This document shows, in pieces, positions 52,098 to 62,892 of a stretch of DNA of 64,000 bases (within the stretch, counting starts at the first letter, position 1; every line of letters begins with the position of its first letter). Origin of the DNA: Octopus sinensis. Lineage: Eukaryota. The position numbers and the translations under genes were made by a program. The notes below the pieces were generated by a model. That model was not told the DNA's origin. It did no database searches and saw only the letters and a program-made list of their open reading frames with translations. The DNA lies in contig NC_043005.1 in the NCBI RefSeq assembly GCF_006345805.1, positions 54,312,001-54,376,000 on the forward strand, given 5' to 3'.

Positions 52098-53540
52098 CTA
52101 TTTTTTGCAAGTCTTTGAGAAACATACCCATGCTTGGTCTTGTTTTTTATATGCTAAGCATTTCACATCCGGGTTTTCTTTGGGGTGTGTTAATCTAGCT
52201 GTTTTGGGGTTGTATGGGAGTTCATCAGGAAGAGAGAGCTTTCTGAGAAGCTCACTACCAACAAATAGGATATCGTTCACTTCAGTTAACAGCAGTAAAT
52301 TAATGTATTCATTTTAACTGCTGGTTGAGAGAGACTATATGGCATTAAAAGGCTGCTTGCACTTATCTCTAGCTTGTACCTCCTTTATCTTTCTTAGGTA
52401 GAGCCTGACGATATCATTATTTTTGTAGAAGTTTCCAGTCGATGTTAGTATCATGTGGATTTTAACATCTCTGGTGTGGATTTCTCCTACAGACCAGTCA
52501 AGAATCCCAAATTTTGGCCTCAGCACTGGTACTGCCATATTTTTCTAATTTTGACATAATATTCTTGGGTCACCCTATCTGTATTCACAATTCTTTCACA
52601 TTATATGTTTTCATCAACTTTTGGTACTTATAGAATTTTTTTGTGTGGGACAGGAGAGATAGTGAGCCCATTGATGCACAGGTTTTGGGTCTGGGAGACT
52701 AGTTATCTGCATTCAACAATCAAATATGTATGTTTCTTTTGACCAAATTCCATCCCTATATCAGTTGAAAATATTATTAATCCCAGTTAGGGTTTTTTCC
52801 CTATTTTGGCGTTGTTAACATTTTTAGATTAAACCTTAAAGGTCATCCACAAAGAAATTATGGTTTACATTGATATCTCTAGCAGTTGCAGACCCTAACA
52901 TGTAACCATTTGACTTTTGTTGCAGGAATGACAACGGATTTAATGCCAAAATGAACAGAATGACAGAAAGACTATCTCCTTGGAATATTTCCTTTGCAAT
53001 ATTTATGACTTTGGAAACGATCGTCCCACTCTCAGTTTTGAGTGTTAGAATTGTTATCTGAGTCATTGTGAGCCTCTCAATGGCAGTAATTAAAGTAACA
53101 GGCACTTTTGCCAAATGTAGACATATCAGCAGCCATGAGTGGGAAACAATCAAAAGCCTTACTATAATCAGGCCCTACTGTTGACATAGACGTTGATACA
53201 CGAGCATACTTCATGGCTGGTACACTAATTATTGCGATTCCAACAGTTCTATGACAAATTTTCACTTCAGACAGTACAGCTTTGTTTATCAAAAGTTGTT
53301 CAACACATACACACACTTTCGACTTCATAATGGCTTACTGATCATCACTGTGTTGCCTGACTCACAATGATCATGGAGGAATTGGCTGAGGCAGCTTGTG
53401 TACAGTTTGTACATAATGTTTTGGCAAGCAAAGGGCCTACAATTACCTGCCAACTTAGTGGTTTCATTCTTGGCTACAAGATCGACTAGACTGCTAAATT
53501 GCAGGAATGTAAACAAACCATCACCAGTTGCCAAATGGTA
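52098..53540 (-). mobile_element. R4/Dong-like non-LTR retrotransposon RT and thumb region, decayed
   Basis: GNCRPFACQNIMYKLYTSCL, INKAVL.EV, DYSKAFD, SHSWL, EIFQGDSLS.ILFILALNPLSFL, NHNFFVDDL, AVPVL.P.FGILDW..EI..DVK..ILT.TG...NDI.RLYL. Confidence 0.92.
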
Positions 53541-53585
53541 GTAGGGGGAAATACAAAGATAAATGTACGTACACACACACACACA

Positions 53586-54489
53586 TACAAAATGCATTAA
53601 AAAAGTATCCGACTTCATTTTTTTCCACCCAAATTTATGCAGCCTGGGCAAAATCCTTTGGATGGGAGGTAACGCTACCCTTCCTGCAATTGCTTGAAAA
53701 TTTTCACGCCAGTAAGCCAAGTCAGTTCTGACTGTTACTCCTGGAGTATAGACATGTAGAGTGAGCTCATTGGATTTTCGTTTGCCTGCAAGATGACTGA
53801 GTACATTCTTCAGAGACTATAAACCCAGTCCTATCACAAGCAATGATGGTTTTCATGAAGTCTGAGTCGTGATTTGCACAGTCTACCATGTCCTGCACAA
53901 TTTCCATACAGATTTGCTTCTGCTTCTCTGCCAGCACCTTGGAGACGAATTTCACCAACACTTTCTGCTTGCTCAAATTTTCTGTTAAAATGGATTGCAT
54001 TGGTTATCTGCTTATTCCCACTTTGTGAGCCATTTCATGGATTTTTACATGACGGTTTTCTATGATTATTTGCAGAACTTTCTTTATTGGCTTCTTATTT
54101 CGACTTGTGAATCGCCTACCTCACTCTCCACTGAGATGTAGTCATGTTTGGAGCCGTCGTACTCCTCCTTGATCTGAGTTCTGCATATGACATCATTTCC
54201 AAAGGCCTGCTGAAGGATGGTAACAGCCCAAGTATCACCAAGTTTTTTGACAAATACCGATGCAAATCTCTGCTTGATACGTTCAGTAAAAACGAAAATC
54301 TGACCAGTGCAATCTGCATGTGTGTACTCTATGCATAACAGCCAGAGATTGACCCAGCCTACCAGCACAAAATTATTCATGCATGCACTGGAACGGTGGC
54401 ATCACCACCCACCCAATGGGCTTTGCCCACATGACATTAGTTTTGGCAAGAAAAGAATGAAGTCAGACACTATTTTAATGCACTTCATA
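53586..54489 (-). mobile_element. Internally deleted mariner transposon, ~38-bp TIRs, TA-flanked
   Basis: Left tacaaaatgcattaaaaaagtatccgacttcattttttt vs reverse complement of right, tatgaagtgcattaaaatagtgtctgacttcattcttttt. Coding remnants: QR..FVKKLGDT..ILQQAFGNDV.CRTQIKE.Y and SILTENL...V.VKFV.KVL..KQKQ..MEI.QDM..DFMKTII..D.T. The C-terminal catalytic half is missing. Confidence 0.92.
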
Positions 54490-54493
54490 TATA

Positions 54494-54537
<44 letters not shown>

Positions 54538-54569
54538 ATGATGGATTTTCTTGTCATGAATGACAAATG

Positions 54570-54800
54570 AGGGGTTAATAAAATAAAGTGGGAACCATGT
54601 TATATGAACATGAACATGTCTCTTGAGGTCTGCTGATGCCTTGCAAAGAAAACATTTGGCAAATGGAACAAGGTGAGGACTCAGTTTGCCTGAGTGCATA
54701 CGGATCATTTACTATGTGTTTTCTTAAGTGGGCAGCAAGGTCTGCTTTGCTTCCTGTCACAAAACCACAATGACAGGTAAGGTTTCCATTCAGAGGAGCA
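54570..54800 (-). pseudogene. Degenerate tandem C2H2 zinc-finger pair
   Basis: [22 protein letters not shown], then with a frameshift PCSIC..CFLCKASADLKRHVHVH: Cys pairs, aromatic residue, L..H..H spacing. Host gene vs retroelement origin is unresolved. Confidence 0.5.
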
Positions 54801-54832
54801 GTGTATATATATATATATACCTACCTACCTAC

Positions 54833-54979
<147 letters not shown>

Positions 54980-55324
54980 TATACATATATATGCATATAT
55001 ATATATATAGATACATACATATATATAAATATACATACATATACATATATATACACATACACACACATATATATATATATATTTTTTTGTATGTATGTAT
55101 GTATCATGTATGTATATATATAGTTGGAATTTACAAAAAGCAAACAAAACAAAAGACGAAGACAGACGTGTAAACAACGAACAGATGTATTAGTTTAACA
55201 CTCAGGAAGTGAGAAAGTCTTTTATGTTTCAAACCTATGCATTTCAATAGAAAGGAACACAGAAATAAACAGGGAAAGAAAATAAAAAATGGTTTAGTGG
55301 CTGGGGATCAATCATACCGAATAT

Positions 55325-55379
<55 letters not shown>

Positions 55380-55725
55380 CGGAGATGTACTCGCATAGCA
55401 AGTAATTTGATCTGAGATCGTGTGCTGAAACGAAAATAGTTGCAGCGTGGAAGGTGTTTATAAGCCATTTAAGAAACACACAAAAGCCGTTCGATTCACT
55501 TCAACATTTAAGTTTAATTTGTCAAAATATTTTCGTCGCTAAAATCTGCGACCTGTTCACTGACAAAAATCCGTGCTGCATCTCCGGAATTTTGTCAGTG
55601 AACAGGTCGCGGATTTTAGCGACGAAAATATTTTGACAAATTAAACTTAAATTTTGAAGTGAATCGAACAGCTTTTGTGTGTTTCTTAAATGGCTTATAA
55701 ACACCTTCCACGCTGTAACTGTTTT
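55380..55725. repeat. 141-bp-arm near-perfect hairpin overlapping a ~207-bp element with 8-bp TIRs
   Basis: 55433-55573 pairs with 55585-55725 (about six mismatches, 11-nt loop). cggagatg (55380) and catctccg (ending 55586) are inverted, preceded by TA. (AT)n lies on both sides. Confidence 0.95.
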
Positions 55726-55889
55726 ATATATATATATATATATATGCATGTATATATATATAGATAGATAGATACATACATACATATATATATAAAAATA
55801 TATACATATTTATATATATATACATAAATACAAACACACACACGTGTGTGTGTTTGTTTTAAGTATATATATATATATATACACATGCA

Positions 55890-56003
55890 ATAGGTTTCCA
55901 AAACTCTTGTCCACCAAATTACTCACAAGGCACAAGACACATTGGGACTGAACCCAAAACCACATAGTTACAAAGAAAGTTTCTCAACCGCACAACCATA
56001 CCA
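55890..56003 (-). mobile_element. Degraded family A SINE head fragment
   Basis: ccaccaaattactcacaagg..gggactgaacccaaaaccacat..accgcacaaccatacc. Confidence 0.65.
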
Positions 56004-57281
56004 TATATACAAATATCAAAGCCAGAAAAATGATTTTGCAACAAAGATTTATTGAAAATCCATATAAAAATTTAGCAATTATTGACCAAGCTGTTTAAAT
56101 AATGCCATATCATAAAATTCAAAATTCACCTTTAAATATGGGTCACTCCTTGGATATGCGAATAATTACAATAAGGGAAAAACTTTAATTTTTCTCATTT
56201 AATATCCAGTTTCAATGTATTTCATATATTTTTGTGTGTTTGTGTTTAATTTTTTTTAATTCCTTTTGTATTAACATCATATGTATTACATTTCATGACA
56301 TATTCAGCTATATGAAAACAATGTAGTTATGATTCAAAAATTTATAGGTAACAAGGCTTGCCACTGAAACTGAAATCATTAAATTAAATTGTAACTACAA
56401 ATATCAAAACCACCCTCATTACCACAATGATTAATTTAAAATTTTTCAAATAAAGTCCATTGTGAAATTTTTCAAATAATTATCTGTGTCTATATAATTT
56501 GTCTCTATATGTATAATACATATCTATATATGTATATATGTACATATATATGTATATATATGTATATATGTATATATGTATATATATATATATATATATA
56601 CTCACACATATATATATATATACATAGAGAGAGAGAAAGATATGCTTAAATGTGTGTGTATGTGGCGTGTTTAATTTTCTAGAATAACTTTTGATAATTA
56701 TCAACTGTTTACTTTCACTAATTATTTACTATTTACAATTGTTTACATGAGTTTCTTCTCTGTTGGATGAACATACATAAATATATGCATATGTATATAT
56801 ATATATGTATATGTATATATCTATATATACATACATGTATATATAAATGTATCTATCTATATAAACAGACAGACTGACAAATAGATAGATATAGATTATA
56901 TATACAAATAATATACATATATATAGAGATATATATAGATATGTAATTTATATATATATATGTATACATGCACACTCTTTATGTGTGTGTCTGAGTTTGT
57001 ATTTATTTGGGAATATATGTACATATGTATGTATGCTTCCATTGTTTTTATAATATTCACTATTTCCTCAAAAATACTTTAGCATGATTTGCAAAACTAA
57101 GGCATACCATTTTTTTTTGTTTTGATTTTTTTTTCTTCTATTTTGTTCAATTTCCTTTTTTTTTTATTGTTTTATTGAACTCTTTAATTAATTTCATGCA
57201 AGATTAACACCTCTGCATGAAACAATTGGGATTGTTTTCCTCCTAATTCCCTATAACATAATATGTGTCCTGTTTGTTTGT

Positions 57282-57331
<50 letters not shown>

Positions 57332-57857
57332 CTGTGTCTGTGACTGTGTTTGCATTTGTATGTGCGACTGTGAGTCTGTGTGCGTGTTTTACAAAAATAT
57401 TAATTATTTGAATCTAAATTTCTTTACTTTCCATGTGGCAAAAGCAAACAAACACACAAACCAACAAACAAATATTAATATCCCATTAAGGTAATATTAA
57501 TATGCGTGATGAATGATGTCCTAATAAGCTACATTTTGTTTTTGTTTTTGTTTTCCTTGTTGTGTTTACAGTGAGGAAATGGACGAATATATAATGTATC
57601 ACCAGTGTTTAGTTTCCAAGTTGCTTTTGTTTAATGTTTGATATCTGTTGCAATGTTAATAATCTGTTGGAAGAGTATTATCATAGTATTTTGATTAAAC
57701 TAAATGCTATGTTGTTCATATTTTATATAACAACTCAAACACATACACACATGTTGAAATAATTTGTATCTGCGTATGCATGTGTATGTTTATTTTCATA
57801 CACACACACACACACATTTATATAAACATATATACATATATTTCTACACACACACAC

Positions 57858-57916
<59 letters not shown>

Positions 57917-58379
57917 CACATACATACATATATACATACATATATATGTGTGTGTGTTAAATAGAATGAGACAACAAAGCCAAGGCAATGCGAAATTTCT
58001 AGGATATTTATAAAGAGAAAGATACCCTTACAGGTGTTTTAGGGATATAAAAGATATCCCATCATAAGAGACGATATGAGGGACTTAAATTGAAGGAAAT
58101 AGTAGAGTTCAATATAAGAAGTTATTTTGGAAAGGGACAGATATAGGAAGTATAAAGGGAAATATGAAAATAAAAATATATGTTGGATGTTACAGTTGTA
58201 GATTCATTACCCAAGGAATATATTTATATATATGTGTGGGTATATATATATATGTATATATATGTAGGTCCCGGGTTGAGTCGGGGTAAACCAAAATCAT
58301 CTGAATGAAGCAGTTCTAGTCCTGTAGAAGCTCCTTCTATAAAATTTAAAAAAATATATATATATATATATGGCTTCGA

Positions 58380-58950
58380 GAACATTATCCAAGATTTGCT
58401 TAACAACGAAATGTGTGCCTTGCAAAGCCGAGGAGGCTCCAAATTCCTCAAATGTATAACAGGACAACCAAGTTTAGGGCTAAGTTTATGCAGTGGCTAT
58501 CCCGATGGTTCTTGTGAGTTTAAAATTTCTGTTGGGGAAAATGTTACTTGTGTTGGATCAGTAACTGAATCAAATGAAGCATAATATCGCATTTGGTTAG
58601 GAAGTTGACGAAACAGACATATGTTTAGGGCTTGGACGGTGGCATTTGTTGAAGCTAAGATGGCTCTTTGATACATCCATTCATGACTGACGTAATTACT
58701 AGAGGGGTTGGGGGTAAACTGTTGTGCATAGCTCCTTAGGGCTGGAGACGTAGTTATCAATGATACTTATGTCAGCCAAACCGTTTACGTCGATTGGTAA
58801 GCTCTCATTGCCGACATCCAATAACTTTGAAGCAAAGGAATTGTCATCGTCTTGTTGGTGGAGAATAGAACGCAAGTTTATGGTTAACATTCTCGACTGG
58901 AAAGAGCGCCAAAGATGAAAATTTAGTAAAGCATATACAACCATCACTAA
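58380..58950 (-). mobile_element. Helitron RepHel PIF1-like helicase fragment
   Basis: FASKLLDVGN...V.SPKEL...VYP, WMYQRAILASTNATVQALN..L..QLP....Y.SFDSV.D....PTEILNSQEPSG*P.HKL..KLG.PVI.LRNLEPPRLC. This is the conserved RAILAP.N / PTEFLNS..PPG.P.H.L.LK.G.P..LLRNL.PP.LCNG block of Helitron helicases. Confidence 0.9.
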
Positions 58951-59077
58951 CACTGATAGTACTATTACAATGAATAAAGGGAAATCAGTGTTTTTTCATG
59001 ATAAGTATTGGGTGATAAAGAATCGAAATGAGCTATTTAATGAAGCAGAGGTAGCAGACATGGTTGGCCTCTACATC

Positions 59078-60315
59078 CTACATATCCTTGACAATGAAAG
59101 GATGAAATTATAGAGTTATAAAGGGGCGACGGTCTAGGAGCAGTACATAATATAAATGGTTTTGATATGAATAAGATAAGAAAGAAATAAGGTAAAGTAT
59201 TTTGTCAACTCAACTTAAAAGTTACAATAAGGTCTAACGTTAAAGAAGTTAATTTGCTAGATATTAATATGCATCTTTGTACAAGCAAATTAAAACCTTT
59301 TCATAAACTAAAGAAAGACACCTCCAGCATTGTCAGAGGCTTTAAATATCCATCAATAATCAAACAATTAGTTAATAGTATTAGTAGATGTATCTACAAT
59401 CTATCCTCTGAGGAACAGCTTTCAAAAGGCTGCCCCATATTACAACACTGCATTAGAAACTTCCAATTTTAAGAATAGTGTTACCTATATTGAATTAAAT
59501 GTAGAAGACGTGGACATGGGAAAATATTATAATCCACCATGCTGCATGTATGTAGCTACAAATATAGCTAGACATGTTCTGAAACTCATAACTTCCAGTG
59601 CTCACATAAATATTACAAGAACTTTAATAGATCTTTAAATTTAGCAATAATTGCTTCCCCAACATAGGATCGATGATTTTCAATCACAATAGAAATAACA
59701 TTTGGAACACCCCTCGTAGATCTTGGAAGTGTAGATCCTTGATAGTTCCTCTGGACGATACTATACGAAAATCATGTAATTATGGTTTATGATGCAGATT
59801 CATAAAAAATGGTTTATTTCTGCTTATTTCAAGAATAAACCATTTTATTTTAAGATCAACCAAAGTAAATTCTATCAGAACCCAAATGTATTTGGACCCG
59901 GAGAAATTTTTGGAAAATTTGTTTTATGAATAATTGAAAGAATGAATAAGATGGCAAAATAGTTTTACCTTTGTTTTACTTTAGCTTAATATAATATTCC
60001 TACAGAGCAAAATTTATTAATGCTATTTTACTCCCTGTACTGCAATTTCCATTTCTGTCCGAGATCTTATTTGATGGTCGGTGGATTTGATTCATCATGT
60101 AGTGCTCAGCAAAAGAAATTGGTATTAGTAACTAGAGGTACACTAACTTCCAAAATGTCGGGCTTGGTATGTAGGATAAGATACTATAAGCCACCCCACT
60201 CCGTGAACTGCAAAGTAGGAGAATATCATATTACTGTGTACTCCCTATTTCTGTCCTAGACCGTCGTCCCTTTATAACTCTATAATTTCATCTTTTCATT
60301 GTTGAGGATATGTAG
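59078..60315. repeat. 62-bp inverted repeat pair (59078-59139 / 60254-60315)
   Basis: ctacatatccttgacaatgaaaggatgaaattatagagttataaaggggcgacggtctagga vs the reverse complement of the right arm: 58/62 identical. Confidence 0.93.
59195..59670 (+). mobile_element. Penelope-like element RT-end/linker relic
   Basis: LKVTIRSNVKEVNLLDI.M.L.T.K.KPF.K, PSIIKQL.NSISR.I.NLSS.EQ.F.K..PYYN.AL, YYNPP..M.VATNI.R..L.LI, YYK.FNR. Confidence 0.82.
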
Positions 60316-60679
60316 TACTAGTTTTAAGACTGGTCAGCAGATGGAAAGTTGTTATATGATTTACTTGTCTTTCTGAAATCAGCTTTGTCATACAAAAACA
60401 AATTATCGTAGTGATGAGAACCGCGAATGCTACGGCTTTCCTTTTATGATTCCAACAAGCTGGTAGCATTGAGATGCCTAGCTACTGTCAATATCTTCTA
60501 CCTTACAAATATAATAGAACTTGTAAGCAAGTTTCATCCTTGATATTGCTTTGTTTCTTTGATGATGCAGGTGTCCATATTGTTCGTAGTTACAGAAGTT
60601 GTCTGGGTGGTTTACACATGCAAGTCTATTTCAGGCCATTCTGAATTAGAACACAAGATTTGAAAAAGCAATTAAGATA

Positions 60680-60710
60680 AGTCACGTGATATTCTCGCCT
60701 CTTCACGTGC
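60680..60710. promoter_or_regulatory. Paired CACGTG E-boxes in a CpG-richer region
   Basis: gtcacgtgat and ttcacgtgca lie ~20 bp apart, with a third cacgtg at ~61311. Function is not shown. Confidence 0.2.
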
Positions 60711-61687
60711 AAAGAAATAAGTCTTGTATTAATTTTAATGAAAGCACAAAATAACTAGAATTTAATTTCTCAAATCTGAACATGATAGAAATCTTCTAAA
60801 CACAGATTTGAAATCAGCATGCCAAATTATCAACAAACACCATCCTGTTTACCTGTAACAGAACTTTCGTTGCCTTGTGTTATCTTCGAGCACACAGTGA
60901 AAGCTGCAACACAAATTATTGCATTGACACGAAAACAAGAAAATATCTATGTACATTTCCCGCTACATTTCTATAACGTGTATTATATCTAATTGACTTG
61001 CTGATGTACATTTTTCACACAGAAATGTTTGTAAACTATATCTTGATTGTTGTAAATTAATATTTTAACTTCTCCATGTCTAGATTCTGTTCCATTTCAA
61101 CCTGCCTTCTTAAACCATATTAGTGCGTAATCATTATTGTATTATTTTACCACCAAGATTCGCCATGTTCATTTTTCTGCAGACTTGTATGAAAGTATAT
61201 AGTGCGTGGTTCACTTTCACTTTCGTTTACATGCACACAGATGCATATTTCATGCACAGCAGTGCATGGCCGGAATATGTGCCATCTGGGGGCAGTCCTT
61301 GAGTTTTCCACACGTGACTCCTTACAGAATCTTACACAACCGACTCAAAAATGCCGCTTCCAATTCCCCCACCCCACTCTATCTACGCTGTTGTATAATT
61401 CAGCTGATACATCAATCCAAAATGCAAAAGATAAAACGAGGGACACGTAATTATCTGAAAGGCCTTTCTTTAAAAGATTTTTTAAATTAAAAATTCAACT
61501 TCCTTTCAATTTTGAGGAGACCCCCTTTCCAACACTCACCCCACACACATCGAGAACCCTAATACAGTATTATTATGTCTTGCCAAATTTCTACTAGAGG
61601 CTCTACTTGCTGGTTCATTTGTATACATGCAAACCAGCTCCACGTCCGTTTGTAACTGGGCAAGCCTATATAATATTTTTGCGTCGG

Positions 61688-62350
61688 AGGGCGGCGAGCT
61701 GGCAGAAACGTTAGCGCCCCGGGCGAAATACTTAGCGATATTTCGTCTGCTGTTACGTTCTGAGTTCAAATTCCGCCAAGGTCAACTTTGCCTTTCATCC
61801 TTTCGGGGTCGATAAATTAAGTACCAGTTACGCACTGGAGTCGATGTAATCGACTTAATCCGTTTGTCTGTCCTTGTTTGCCCCCTCTGTGTTTAGCCCC
61901 TTGTGGGTAGTAAAAAAATAGGTATTTCGTCTGAAGGCGGCGAGCTGACAGAAACGTTAGCACGCCGGGTAAAATGCTTAGCGGTATTTTGTCTGTCTTT
62001 ACGTTCTGAGTTCAAATTCCGCCGAGGTCGACTTTGCTTTTCATCCTATCGGGGTCGATTAAATAAGTACCAGTTACGCACTGGGGTCGATATAATCGAC
62101 TTAATCCGTTTGTCTGTCCTTGTTTGTCCTCTCTGTGTTTAGCCCCTTGTGGGTAGTAAAGAAATAGGTATTTCGTCTGTCGTTACGTTCTGAGTTCAAA
62201 TTCCGCCGAGGTCGACTTTGCCTTTCATCTTTTCGTGGTTGATAAATAAAGTACCAGTTTCACACTGGGGTCGATGTAATCGACTTAATCTCTTTGTCTG
62301 TCCGTGTTTGTCCCCTCTATGTTTAGCCCCTTGTCGGTAGTAAAGAAATA
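61688..62350 (+). mobile_element. Young family B SINE trimer within one 16-bp TSD
   Basis: aatatttttgcgtcgg at 61672-61687 and 62351-62366. Unit 1 (head) 61688-61921, 12-nt stub gtatttcgtctg, unit 2 (head) 61934-62167, unit 3 (headless) 62168-62350. CpGs are largely intact. Confidence 0.96.
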
Positions 62351-62714
62351 AATATTTTTGCGTCGGTTCCTAAGCCGACTTGCCATATTAATCTTTTACT
62401 GCTTTTGATAATTTTATATCTTCGGTAGGATTTCGGTACATGTTGTTTAATATTGATCTTTATCAACTGCTACTTTTCTACCAGTCTAGAAAAGAGCTAA
62501 TACTATAAATCTCATGCTGGGGACATTGTAGTTTTACCAGGGTCACATGAGTTAGTTTGGCTTATTAGAACTTTTAAACATGCAGACTACCTGATTTCAT
62601 TGTTGGCGCGTGTTAATGTTTCTCTTTTTCTTTTCTTTTTTCTCTTTTTTGCCAATCAGAAACTAGTCGTCAGTTGAACTTTTTTTTTCTTTTTTTGGAC
62701 GCTATTATGCTGGT

Positions 62715-62892
62715 CAGAAGGCAAAGAGCTAACAGAATTGTTAGCACTCTGAGTAAAATGCTTAGCGGAATTTCACCCATCTTTACGTTCAGAGTTCAAA
62801 ATTCGCTAATTCAACTTTGCTTTTCGATATTGCGGGGTCAATAAAATAAGTACCAGTTGAACACTGGGGTCGATGAAATTGACTTAATCCAT
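62715..62892 (+). mobile_element. Older family B SINE; a probable tail piece resumes at ~63093-63165
   Basis: gagctaacagaattgttagcac..aaatgcttagcggaatttc..gttcagagttcaaa..aataagtaccagttgaacactggggtcgat; later ccccttcctcgaaattacggaccttgtgccaaag. Confidence 0.8.

Noticed and set aside
54570-54800. Calling a functional C2H2 zinc-finger gene
   Set aside because: Frameshift between the fingers, abnormal C-x1-C spacing, no TGEKP linker and no splice sites; kept only as a degenerate remnant.
57572-57650. Strong acceptor followed by EEMDEYIMYHQ
   Set aside because: No convincing donor, and the frame closes after ~23 codons.
59806-59846. 13-bp AT-rich inverted repeat (aaaatggtttatt / aataaaccatttt)
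   Set aside because: Short and AT-rich, so plausible by chance. It is not a terminator in a eukaryotic context.
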